DNA of 64,000 nucleotides from an uncultured Candidatus Entotheonella sp. (GTDB taxonomy: Bacteria; Tectomicrobia; Entotheonellia; Entotheonellales; Entotheonellaceae). Below are positions 36,078 through 45,401 of the stretch, one piece after another. The first letter of the stretch is position 1; each line of letters opens with the position of its first letter. The position numbers and the translations under genes are program-made. The stretch lies in the NCBI GenBank assembly GCA_965217185.1, contig OZ244252.1, positions 2,880,001 through 2,944,000 on the forward strand, written 5' to 3'. The notes beneath the pieces are model-generated. The model ran no database searches, was not told where the DNA came from, and saw only the letters and a list, made by a program, of their open reading frames with translations.

Positions 36078-37573
36078 GAGCCACTTGCAAAACTCCGCTA
36101 GTTTGGCCTCGGAGCGGTTGTCATGAGACCGTACGGTGAATCATTTGCCGTCGGTGGTTCCAATTGCCACGAATTCAGCCATGGCGGTGCCAAGTTCTGG
36201 CTCCCGTCTTGCGATGCGGACGCAACTCTCCCCCCTGCGTACAGGACAGCAGCGTGTGCCGGGATGGAGGAAACGGGGCCGCGAGACCAGCTTCAGGTCA
36301 CCAAGCGCATCAACTGATCAACCGTGAGCGCCACAATCCCGAACATCAGATGACACAGCACCTTGGCATGGCCGCGCACGCGCACGCTGCGACCTCCGAA
36401 TTCATCCTTGAGGCGACCATTGACGCGCTCGACGGTCGAGCGTTCGTGGTAACGTCTCTCCTCAGACAGGACCAACCCACAGGCACGCCGTGCCTGCCTC
36501 TCCTGCCGCAGCGCCTGCTTGCGCGCGCCGCTGCGGGGGTTGACGTCGATGATCGCAACATGACCCAGGGCGCGGCTGTGGGCGCGGATTTCCGGGGCAT
36601 CGTAGGCGCTGTCCATCAGGTCATACAGGTTGCGGACTCGCTCCGCCGTCAGGGTCGCCAGCGGGATGGCGACTTGGCTGTCGTGCAGCGACGCCGAGGT
36701 AAGCAGGCAACTGACCGGGATGGCGCCGTCGGCCGCGTCAATATGCAACTTGTAGCCGCTCCATGACGTCTGATAGCCTTTGGCGTCGCGCTTGACGCCA
36801 ATGTCACAGGCGTACGGCAAGTCGGCGAGCATCTCCGGCAGGGTCATGTTGCGCTGGCGCTCCAGACGGCGCGGCTCCGTGGGGCGCTCCTCGCCCTTGC
36901 GCGGACGCCCGCGCCGCCGCTTCGGCTTGGCCGGCTGCGGCGCCTTCGGGGTCGGTCTCTCGCGCCCTTCAATCGCCGTCGAATCGCGTGAAATATGGCC
37001 TGCCAGACGCTCACCCTGGGTGCGTTTGATCAGCGCCTCGTGCAGGTGGCTCGGCAAGGCGCTGTCGGCAAATTCGGCAAAGGCACGTGAAAACGTCGCC
37101 TCGCTCGGAATGTGCTTGACGCTACGCCAGCCGCACAACCGGCGCAGGGTGCTGTCGTGGCGCAGACGATCAAGCAACATCCGGGTGCTAACCAGCGCGA
37201 AGACGGCCTTGGCGATGAAGGCGCGGGCTAAGGCCGCGCGGTCACTTGGCGGACAGCCGCGACGCCGGTGCTGGTACGGCAGCAGCGTTTCCACCCGCAC
37301 CCATTCGAGCACCATGACGAAGCGCTGATGGCGTTCCCCCAGCGCCCCGATCGTTTCCTCAAGCTGCGGGAACAGCAGCGCTTGAAAGCAAGACCAGTAA
37401 CTCGATAGTATCTCACGTAAGGCCATTGGGGTCGTTCCTCCTGATTCGGTTGTTTGACAACTCAACAGAATCAGAAAGCGGCCCCAATGTCCACCAATCA
37501 GCCCCAGAGCCTGCCCCGCGCTTGACACGGAGAAAGAAAATCCCACTCGTACACGCAATTCTGCAAGTGGCTC
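36078..37573 (-). mobile_element. Insertion sequence, 1496 bp, copy 2
   Basis: Same inverted repeats and length as copy 1, with about six substitutions seen by eye. Flanks are actt / actg (imperfect duplication). Confidence 0.95.
36293..37426 (-). CDS. DDE transposase (same protein as 23450-24583)
   Basis: Translation matches copy 1. Confidence 0.9.
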   Translation of the reverse strand: MALREILSSYWSCFQALLFPQLEETIGALGERHQRFVMVLEWVRVETLLPYQHRRRGCPPSDRAALARAFIAKAVFALVSTRMLLDRLRHDSTLRRLCGWRSVKHIPSEATFSRAFAEFADSALPSHLHEALIKRTQGERLAGHISRDSTAIEGRERPTPKAPQPAKPKRRRGRPRKGEERPTEPRRLERQRNMTLPEMLADLPYACDIGVKRDAKGYQTSWSGYKLHIDAADGAIPVSCLLTSASLHDSQVAIPLATLTAERVRNLYDLMDSAYDAPEIRAHSRALGHVAIIDVNPRSGARKQALRQERQARRACGLVLSEERRYHERSTVERVNGRLKDEFGGRSVRVRGHAKVLCHLMFGIVALTVDQLMRLVT

Positions 37574-37574
37574 A

Positions 37575-37602
37575 CTGGATTCCGGGTCAAGCCCGGAATG
37601 AC
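37575..37602 (-). repeat. CGTC-class REP, right arm of a doublet
   Basis: ctggattccgggtcaagcccggaatgac. Confidence 0.65.
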
Positions 37603-37647
37603 CACTTTCGGGGCGCTGCGTAGCTCTTGCCATAGCAGTGTTGGCCG

Positions 37648-39360
37648 TTATTCCGCGTGTAATGCCTCAGCGCGCAGAAAGTCGAAATCGCAGCCTTTAT
37701 CCGCTTGCAAGATGTGCTGGGTAAACAGCCAGCCGTAACCGCGCCGGTACGGTGCCGGCGGCCTAGCCTGCGCCGCCAGACGGCGGGCGATTTCGGCCGG
37801 CTCGACCATCAAGTCCAGACGGCGTTCCGGCACGTTGAGCTCGATCACGTCGCCGTTGCGCACCGCGGCCAGCGGCCCGCCGGCCGCTGATTCCGGCGTG
37901 GCGTGTACCACCACGGTGCCGAAGGCGGTGCCGCTCATGCGCGCGTCGCTGATGCGCACCATGTCCCGCACGCCCTGCCGCAACAGCTTTTTCGGCAGCG
38001 GCAGGAACCCCCACTCCGGCATCCCCGGCCCGCCGAGCGGCCCGGCGTTGCGCATCACCAGCACGTCGTCCGGGCGCACGTCCAGGTCGGGGTCGTCGAT
38101 ACGCCGGTCCATGTCGTCGTGATCTTCGAACACCAACGCCCGCCCGCGATGGCGCAGCAGTTCAGGCGAGGCCGCCGTGGGCTTGATGATGGCACCGTCG
38201 GGCGCCAGCGAACCGTGCAGCACCGCCAGCCCGCCTTCGGCGTCCAGCGGCTCGTCCAGGCTGCGAATCAGTGCCGGGTTGTACGACTGCGCCCCGGCGA
38301 TGTTGGCGCCCAGGCTGTCGCCGGTCACGGTTATCGCCTCCAGATCGAGCAACGGCGCCAGGGCGTTGAGCAGAGCGGGCACCCCACCGGCGTAGTAGAA
38401 ATCCTCCATCAGAAACTCGCCGGACGGCTTGAGGTTGAGGATGAACGGCGTGGTACGCGACAGTTCGTCGAAACGGCTCAGCGGCAGGTCGATGCCCACC
38501 CGACCGGCGATGGCCGCCAGGTGCACGATGGCGTTGGTCGAGCCGCCGACGGCGTGCAGGGTGCGGATGGCGTTCTCGAAGGCCACCGGCGTCATGACGT
38601 CCGAAGGCCGCAGCCCCTGCTCTACCAGCCGTACGATTTGCCGCCCCGCCGCCTCGGACAACTGGTGGCGGCGCGAATCAACGGCCGGAATGGCGGCATT
38701 GCCCGGCAGCGCCATGCCCAGCGCCTCGCAGATTGCCGCCATGGTTGAGGCGGTGCCCATCACCATGCAGTGCCCCGGACTGCGCACGATGCAACTCTGC
38801 AGTTCGGCCCAGTCCTCTTCGGTAATCCGCTCGGCGCGCAGTTCCTGGTGATACCGCCGGCAATCGGTGCACGAGCCCAGTTCCTCGCCGCGCCAGTTGC
38901 CCTTGAGTTGCGGCCCGCCGGTGACGATGATCGCCGGCACGTCGGCGCTCGCGGCGCCCATCAGCAGGGCCGGCGTCGTCTTGTCGCAGCCGCCGAGCAG
39001 CACCACACCGTCGAGCGGATTGGCGGTGATGGACTCCTCCACGTCCATGCTCATCAGGTTGCGGTACAGCATGGTGGTGGGCCGCATGTTGTACTCGCCC
39101 AGCGACATCACCGGGAACTCCAGCGGAAAGCCGCCGGCCTGCCACACGCCGCGCTTCACCGCCTCGGCCAACTGCCGCAGGTGGGCGTTGCAGTGCGTCA
39201 GTTCGCTCCACGAGTTGCAAATGCCGATGAGGGGGCGTCCTTCGTATGCCGGTTCCCCGAACCCTTCGGCTCGGAACGCCGCCTGCCGCAGCCAGCCGTA
39301 CAGTTCCGGGGTGTCGAACCACGCGCGGCTGCGGTACGGTTTTTCCTGGTTAGCCATCAT
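37648..39360 (-). CDS. IlvD/Edd family dehydratase (sugar-acid dehydratase-like)
   Basis: CNAHL, GGCDKTTP, CMVMGTASTM, GGSTNA, ISDARMSGT. Confidence 0.9.
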   Translation of the reverse strand: MMANQEKPYRSRAWFDTPELYGWLRQAAFRAEGFGEPAYEGRPLIGICNSWSELTHCNAHLRQLAEAVKRGVWQAGGFPLEFPVMSLGEYNMRPTTMLYRNLMSMDVEESITANPLDGVVLLGGCDKTTPALLMGAASADVPAIIVTGGPQLKGNWRGEELGSCTDCRRYHQELRAERITEEDWAELQSCIVRSPGHCMVMGTASTMAAICEALGMALPGNAAIPAVDSRRHQLSEAAGRQIVRLVEQGLRPSDVMTPVAFENAIRTLHAVGGSTNAIVHLAAIAGRVGIDLPLSRFDELSRTTPFILNLKPSGEFLMEDFYYAGGVPALLNALAPLLDLEAITVTGDSLGANIAGAQSYNPALIRSLDEPLDAEGGLAVLHGSLAPDGAIIKPTAASPELLRHRGRALVFEDHDDMDRRIDDPDLDVRPDDVLVMRNAGPLGGPGMPEWGFLPLPKKLLRQGVRDMVRISDARMSGTAFGTVVVHATPESAAGGPLAAVRNGDVIELNVPERRLDLMVEPAEIARRLAAQARPPAPYRRGYGWLFTQHILQADKGCDFDFLRAEALHAE

Positions 39361-39433
39361 TTCCACTCCAAAAAATGCCAGGCGCGACGATGCGCCTGGC
39401 ATAAGTTATCCGAAAGGGCGGCGCGCCCAACGG

Positions 39434-39706
39434 CTACACGCCGCCGCCCAAAGCCGGCAGAAAATGCACCTCGCTGTGCTCGCCAACGCGCTCCAGCAAG
39501 CCGAGCTGGCTGGTTTCACCATCGACGATGACGGAAATGCCGGGCATCAGAATGTCTTCCTCGGCGTCGTACAACTCCGCCTTGAGGCCCGGATACGCGC
39601 GCTCCAGGCTCTCCAGCAGTTGCCTCACGTTACGGCCCGACGCCGTGACCCGCTGCGCCCCGCCGGTCAGGCGCTGCAGGCGGGGAGGAAGCCACACTTC
39701 CGGCAC
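39434..39706 (-). CDS. MoaD/ThiS family ubiquitin-like protein
   Basis: 90-aa beta-grasp-like sequence ending FLPALGGGV, directly downstream of the molybdoenzyme gene. Confidence 0.8.
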   Translation of the reverse strand: MPEVWLPPRLQRLTGGAQRVTASGRNVRQLLESLERAYPGLKAELYDAEEDILMPGISVIVDGETSQLGLLERVGEHSEVHFLPALGGGV

Positions 39707-39712
39707 GCTGCT

Positions 39713-42043
39713 CTACCCTCCGTTGCGGGATTGCTCGTCCCACAGCGTCTCCAGGACGCGGCCCGGCGACATGGGGAGTTGGTTGATGCGTACGCCGATG
39801 GCGTGATAGATGGCATTGGCGACCGCCGCCAGCGGCGGGATGATCGGCGTCTCGCCAACACCTCGCACGCCGTAGGGATGGGTCGGGTTGGCGACCTCGA
39901 CGATCACCGTGTCGATCATCGGCAGGTCCAGGCTGGTCGGCATGCGGTAGTCCAGGAAGCTGGAATTCAGCATGTGCCCCTTGTCGTTGAAGAAGTATTC
40001 CTCATTGAGAGCCCAACCGATGCCCTGCACCACGCCGCCCTGAATCTGCCCCTCGACGTAGCTGGGGTGAATCGCCTTGCCGGCGTCCTGCACCGCGGTG
40101 TAGCGCAGGATGGTCACCTTGCCGGTTTCCGGGTCCACCTCGACGTCCACGATGTGGGTGCCCAAGGACGGGCCGGCGCCGCCGGGGTTGACACCGGCGC
40201 TGGCCGTGAACGGGCCGCCGGTGGGGTTCTGGCGCGCCGCCAGTTGCTTGAAAGTGAGACGCTGTTCGGGATCCTTGGCGTTCTGCAGGACGCCGTTTTC
40301 GTATTCAACCTCGCCCACCTCGCAGTCCCAGATACGGGCGGCGCGCTCGATCATTTTGCGCTTGATCTCCTGCGCCACCTCGTAAGCCGCCCAGCCCGTC
40401 TTGAAAGTCACGCCGCTGCCGCCGGTGACGGAGGTGAAGCCGACCGAATCCGTATCGCCGACGGAGGGGTTGACGTCCGTGACCGGAATGCCCAGCACCT
40501 CGGCGAACTGCTGCGACACCGAGGTGCGCGTGCCGCCGATGTCGGGCGAGCCCTCGATCAGCTTCACGGTGCCGTCGTTGTGAATGATTGCGGTCGCGCT
40601 GGCTGGCCCGGTGTTGTTGCGCCAGAAGCCACTGGCCACGCCCCTACCGCGATACGGGCCTTCCAGTGGCGTGGCGTAGTGCGGATGATCCTTGGCCGCC
40701 TGCACGGTTTCGGCAAACCCGACGCGCGGCCACACCGGCCCGGTCGGCGCCCGCGTGCCCTCCTTGGCGCTGTTGCGCAAGCGAAACTCCAGCGGGTCCA
40801 CGCCGAGTTTTTCGCACAGCAGGTCGATGGCGGTCTCCATGGCATACGCCGCGGCCGGCACGCCGGGCGCCCGGTAGGCCGCCGACTTGGGCTTGTTGAC
40901 CACCACGTCGAAGCCCTCGACCCAGGCGTTTGGAATGTCGTAGGGGGACATCATGCACTGGCAGGCGGGCGACACCGGCGATCCCGGAAAGGCGCCCGCT
41001 TCGTAGGTCAGGTGGGCTTCGGCGGCGACTAGGCGGCCGTCCTTGGTGGCGCCCAATTTCACCTGGATTTGCGTCCCGGAGGTCGGGCCGGTGCCCTCGA
41101 AAACCTCGGTGCGCGACATCATCACCTTCACCGGATGACCCGCCTTGCGGGCCAGCGCCGCGGCCACCGGTTCCAGATACACCAGCGTTTTGGCGCCGAA
41201 ACCACCGCCGATCTCCATCGGGATGGCCTTGACCTTCGACACCGGCACGTCCATCAGGCGCGCCGTCTGGTCGCGCACGTTGAAGTGCCCCTGGCTGCTG
41301 GACCACAACGTCAGGGTGCCGTCGCTGTTCCATCGCGCGGTGGCGGCGTGCGGCTCGATGTAGCCCTGGTGGATGGCTGCCGTCGCCGTCTCGTGCTCGA
41401 TAATCACGTCGGCCTCGCGGAAGCCCTGCTCCACGTCGCCAAGGCGAAACTCGAAGCGGTTGGCCAGGTTCGAGCCGTCGGTGGGGTCGTCGTCGTCCAG
41501 GGTGCCGCCGGGGCGCAGATTGGGATTGGACATGGTGGCGAGGCGCTCGTGCAGCAGCGGCGCGCCGGGCTTCATCGCCTCCTCGGCGCTGAGCACCGCG
41601 GGCAGTTCTTCGTATTCCACTTGAATGAGTTCCAGCGCCTGCTCGGCGATGTGTGGGCTGGTGGCGGCCACCGCGGCGATGGCGTGCCCTTTGTACAGCG
41701 CCTTGTCGGCGGCCAGGATGTTGTTGCTCAGGAACCGCATGTTGTGCAGCACGCCCTCGCCAAGGTCGACCACCCGGCTGGAAGGTTGCGCCAGGTCGCC
41801 GGAGGTCGCCACCGCGCGCACGCCCGGTAGTTCCTCGGCGTGCCGGGTGTCGATCGACTTGATGCGCGCGTGGCCGTGCGGGCTGCGCAGCACCCTGCCG
41901 TACAGCATGCCCGGCAACCGGATGTCAGCGCCGTAGCGTGCCTGGCCGGTGACCTTCTCGGCCCCGTCGTGGCGGATGGGCCGCTTGCCCACCTCGTTGT
42001 ATTCCGCATTCGACAAGACCATGTTGTGTTCGTAATCGAGCAT
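39713..42043 (-). CDS. Xanthine dehydrogenase family molybdopterin-binding subunit
   Basis: KVTGQARYGAD, LRSPHGHARI, GGGFGAK, AYRAPG, GQIQGG, GVGE. Confidence 0.92.
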   Translation of the reverse strand: MLDYEHNMVLSNAEYNEVGKRPIRHDGAEKVTGQARYGADIRLPGMLYGRVLRSPHGHARIKSIDTRHAEELPGVRAVATSGDLAQPSSRVVDLGEGVLHNMRFLSNNILAADKALYKGHAIAAVAATSPHIAEQALELIQVEYEELPAVLSAEEAMKPGAPLLHERLATMSNPNLRPGGTLDDDDPTDGSNLANRFEFRLGDVEQGFREADVIIEHETATAAIHQGYIEPHAATARWNSDGTLTLWSSSQGHFNVRDQTARLMDVPVSKVKAIPMEIGGGFGAKTLVYLEPVAAALARKAGHPVKVMMSRTEVFEGTGPTSGTQIQVKLGATKDGRLVAAEAHLTYEAGAFPGSPVSPACQCMMSPYDIPNAWVEGFDVVVNKPKSAAYRAPGVPAAAYAMETAIDLLCEKLGVDPLEFRLRNSAKEGTRAPTGPVWPRVGFAETVQAAKDHPHYATPLEGPYRGRGVASGFWRNNTGPASATAIIHNDGTVKLIEGSPDIGGTRTSVSQQFAEVLGIPVTDVNPSVGDTDSVGFTSVTGGSGVTFKTGWAAYEVAQEIKRKMIERAARIWDCEVGEVEYENGVLQNAKDPEQRLTFKQLAARQNPTGGPFTASAGVNPGGAGPSLGTHIVDVEVDPETGKVTILRYTAVQDAGKAIHPSYVEGQIQGGVVQGIGWALNEEYFFNDKGHMLNSSFLDYRMPTSLDLPMIDTVIVEVANPTHPYGVRGVGETPIIPPLAAVANAIYHAIGVRINQLPMSPGRVLETLWDEQSRNGG

Positions 42044-42130
42044 GGAAAGCCTCCGATCAGTGGGTAAATGGCGGGCCGGTAACGACCTCGGTGTGGCGTT
42101 GCGGGTAGTATAGTGTTCCCTATGCCCCTG

Positions 42131-42547
42131 TCAATTCGCCCCCTCGCCCTCCGGCGGCCTGCCTTGGCGCCGCAACTCAAAGCCCCGCATGATGACGTAG
42201 GCGATGAGGGCGAAGACGAAGAACACCAGCAGAATCCAGGCGACGCTCTGCAGCGTGCCGATGAGCGTGCGGTATACCTCGAGTATCCAGCGGTCGGCGT
42301 TGAGCACGATGGGTTCGCCGTCGTCCGTGCGCGCCGTGATGTATTTCTCCAGGCTCCAGATGCGCACGCCGCCGGACACCCCGACTACCACCACCGCAAA
42401 GCTGAGATACCGGTTCCACGCCTCGCTCAGCTCCGCCGATACCACGCGGTCCAGGATTTTACGGATCAGCCTGTCAAACAGCCGGATCACCAGCAGGCTA
42501 GTCACCAGCGCGATGAGCAAGGTGACGACGAGAAGGGTAATGAACAT
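42131..42547 (-). CDS. Hypothetical membrane protein (about three TM segments)
   Basis: Hydrophobic ORF with an aaggag ribosome-binding site before the ATG. Confidence 0.8.
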   Translation of the reverse strand: MFITLLVVTLLIALVTSLLVIRLFDRLIRKILDRVVSAELSEAWNRYLSFAVVVVGVSGGVRIWSLEKYITARTDDGEPIVLNADRWILEVYRTLIGTLQSVAWILLVFFVFALIAYVIMRGFELRRQGRPPEGEGAN

Positions 42548-42664
42548 GGGAGGCTCCTTATCCGAATTCATTGTGGCCTGCAGTACCAATCTTGACGCAT
42601 CCGGAAGCTGTGACTTAGAGTCGCTGCTCCTTTACTCGGGTATTGCTACCCGCCGACAATCATA

Positions 42665-43195
42665 ATGGAACAGAGGAGGCACTTGGTGATCAGGACGCTC
42701 AAGATATTCCTTCCGATTCTGGTAGTGATGTTGGCGCTGCCGCAAATCGGCATGGCTCGGGAATTTGCAGAAATATATACCGACTGCGGTATCGGCGGCA
42801 TGATCGCGCCACGCAGCGATGCTGTTGCTGCTGTAACGAACGTCACCTGGGACCTCGGCACAACCGCCATCTCTTCCAACATCTCCTCTCCAGATTCGTG
42901 TTCCGGTGGGCAAGCCGAGAAGGCGGCCTTCATTCACGACTCGTACGACGCACTGGAATTGGACCTCGCCAGCGGCCACGGCACCTACCTGGATGCACTG
43001 GCGGCTCTGGCGGGACATGAAGGACAGGCGCAGCAGCGTTTTGTTACAGCGGTCCGTGCCGGTTTTGCCAAACTCGTGACGGCACCCGACTACCACGAAC
43101 AAAACCGGTTCGCCAAAGCGGAGGCTCTGTACAATCTGGTCAACGGGGAGTCCGAGAGCGTCACAGAATCGACGACACCCGTGAATAACGGCTAA
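42665..43195 (+). CDS. DUF3015-like secreted protein
   Basis: Signal peptide, CGIGGMI, TTAISS, LDLASGHGTYLDALA. Sits directly upstream of a DUF4105-like gene. Confidence 0.7.
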   Translation: MEQRRHLVIRTLKIFLPILVVMLALPQIGMAREFAEIYTDCGIGGMIAPRSDAVAAVTNVTWDLGTTAISSNISSPDSCSGGQAEKAAFIHDSYDALELDLASGHGTYLDALAALAGHEGQAQQRFVTAVRAGFAKLVTAPDYHEQNRFAKAEALYNLVNGESESVTESTTPVNNG

Positions 43196-43209
43196 CCTTT
43201 CTTTTTGCG

Positions 43210-45128
43210 GTGCATCCATCAGCAGTGGGCTTGTGGCGTTATGCAACAGGCTCGCTGCTGTTTTGTTTTGTGCTCCTCCCGTGTGCACTCCCTGCGTGCG
43301 CTTCCCCGTTGACAGAAGCACTACAGGTCGCGGCTCGTCTTGACCTGGTCCACCATCCTATATGGTTCAAGCTCTTACATTTTGAGGGGCGCCTGCCCCA
43401 AAGCGTTGTTTTAACTGACGACTTTTTCCTTTCGCCTGAAGGCAGAAGCAATCCGCAGGCCGAATTGCACGCCACGCTTGAGGCTTACTTCCTGCCTTGG
43501 CAGCAAGATACTGATGAACACCCCCGCTGTCGATTTCCAGCTCGGTACTACTGGCTTTCCCGTCAACTTCCCCTGCCTGGCTACGTGCTGAACGAGCCTC
43601 AATGTCGGCGCCTGTCAGACTGGGCGCTTCTTGACCGCGTTAAATCCGTCAGCCTGCTTCTGGTCAGCGGCTACCTGGGCAACCCCGCCTCCACGTTCGG
43701 ACACGCGCTTCTCAAGCTCAATACCGATTCATCTGACGACGATTACGGACTGTTCGATCTCACCCTCAATTACGGCGCCTTGATTCCCGAGAACGAAAAC
43801 GCGCTCCGCTACGTTGTACGGGGACTTCTCGGCGGCTATGAGGCCGGCTTCTCCGACCGTTATTTCTACACCCAGGACCTCGTCTATTCTCACACGGAGT
43901 TTCGCGACATATGGGACTATAGGCTCAACCTGTCGAACCATCAGCGCACCCTGCTGATTCTCCACATCTGGGAAATCATCGGCAGGAAATTCGTCTACTA
44001 TTTCCTTACCAGGAACTGCGCGTTTCGCTTGGCGGAATTGGTGGACCTTGTGGTAGACGACCTGATCATTGAACGAGCGCGATTGTGGTACCTGCCCGTT
44101 CAATTATTTCACCGGCTGAACGCAATCGACGCGGCGAGGCAACACTCAGGGAGTGGCAATCTCGTGGAGGCCGTTCGGTTCATTCCTTCCAGCAAGCGTA
44201 CACTGGCGCACCGGGTACACAACTACTGACAAAGCAGGAAATCGGGGCTATGAATGCCATTCTTCGAGACGGGCAGTCTTCTCTCGACACCCGCTTGAAG
44301 GGGCTCAGTAACGAGCGCAGGATCGTCGTCTTGGACAGTCTGCTTGCCTACCACAAATACCGATTCATGTCCCGTAAGCCAACGGACGAATCGACACTCC
44401 AGCACCTCAAGAGAAAGACGCTGCTGGCCCGTTTGCAACTGCCGGCGCAGCCAAGGCTCACTCCCGACATACCGCTCCTGCCCTCTCCTGCCGACGCATC
44501 AGACCCGATGGCGTTTGGGGTCAGTGTGGCCAGCGACACCGCACATGAGGACCCCTTTCTGCGACTGACATGGTCGCCTTTCAAATTGGAACGTTTGGGT
44601 CGCAACAGTATGGAAGGCAGCGAACTGGTGCTGCTGGACGTTGCAGTGGGGCTTTTCGGAGACGGGCGCGAGATTTTTCTCGATCAACTCGACCTCATTC
44701 GTGTATCCAGCCTTAACACACTGCCCGTACCGCTCGTCGGGGAAAATCCGATGTCCTGGCGGTTGCGCGTCGGCGCTGTTCGCGTCGAAAACAGAAGAAA
44801 GCCTGTCTACGACAGCGCAGCAAGCTTTGGCATCGGGTACGCCACATCGTGGCAGTCCAGGTTTATCGGATACGCCATGGCCGACTTGGCGGTTCACACG
44901 CTGTCTCCCCACGCGCGATTGCGCCCCCATCTGGGCCTGAGCACGCATTTGGCAGGTCTTCGTACATGGGCGTACGTGGGCGCCGAGTCAGCCGGCTACC
45001 GAGGTGATTTCCGGGCCGTGTGGGGAGGAAAATTGGAGGTCTCGCTGACCAAGCGCTTCGCCCTGCACGCCGAGTTCGGCAACGAACGGGCAACCCGCGC
45101 GTCGCTTGGGCTGAATGTAAACTGGTGA
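43210..45128 (+). pseudogene. DUF4105 (Lnb-like) protein with a beta-strand-rich C-terminus, frameshifted near 44215-44225
   Basis: CRFPARY.WL, NPASTFGH, YYFLTRNC. Removing one 'ca' from gtacacaacta fuses ORFs 43210-44229 and 44085-45128; the fused protein ends LGLNVNW. Confidence 0.72.
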
Positions 45129-45129
45129 A

Positions 45130-45253
45130 TCGCCGTCGTCCGTGCCGCCGTGATGTACTTTTCCAGGCTCCAGATGCGCACGCCACCGGACACCCCGACC
45201 ACCATCACCGTTAAGCTCAGATACCGGTTCCACGCCTCGCACAACTCGGCCGA
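45130..45253 (-). pseudogene. Internal fragment of a homolog of the 42131-42547 membrane gene
   Basis: Direct repeat of 42315-42439 with 11 substitutions and a 1-nt deletion by hand alignment. Confidence 0.88.
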
Positions 45254-45257
45254 CTAG

Positions 45258-45371
45258 TACCCAGTCAATCTGAAAAGTGGGGGAAGGACCATGCCATGTG
45301 CACCCATGCCTCGCGAGGCATGGCCGAGCTGGACGGTTTTCGGCATCCGTACATATCACGTTGACGAGGTA
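45258..45371. mobile_element. MITE, 114 bp
   Basis: Ends tacccagtcaa / ttgacgaggta, CTAG on both sides, internal 20-bp palindrome ccatgcctcgcgaggcatgg. Confidence 0.7.
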
Positions 45372-45401
45372 CTAGGAACAATAAAACCAACTCGAACAAG
45401 A

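Noticed and set aside
23235..37573. Composite transposon formed by the two IS copies
   Set aside because: Each copy has its own flanking duplication (AGAA/AGAA versus actt/actg), and the enclosed DNA includes housekeeping glyQS. These are independent insertions.
44205..44235. Programmed frameshift or phase-variable tract in the DUF4105 gene
   Set aside because: Only a two-to-three-unit CA run with no slippery heptamer; a mutation or sequencing error is more likely.
42315..45253. Diversity-generating retroelement template/variable repeat pair
   Set aside because: Mismatches are not adenine-specific and are mostly synonymous, and there is no reverse transcriptase in the window.
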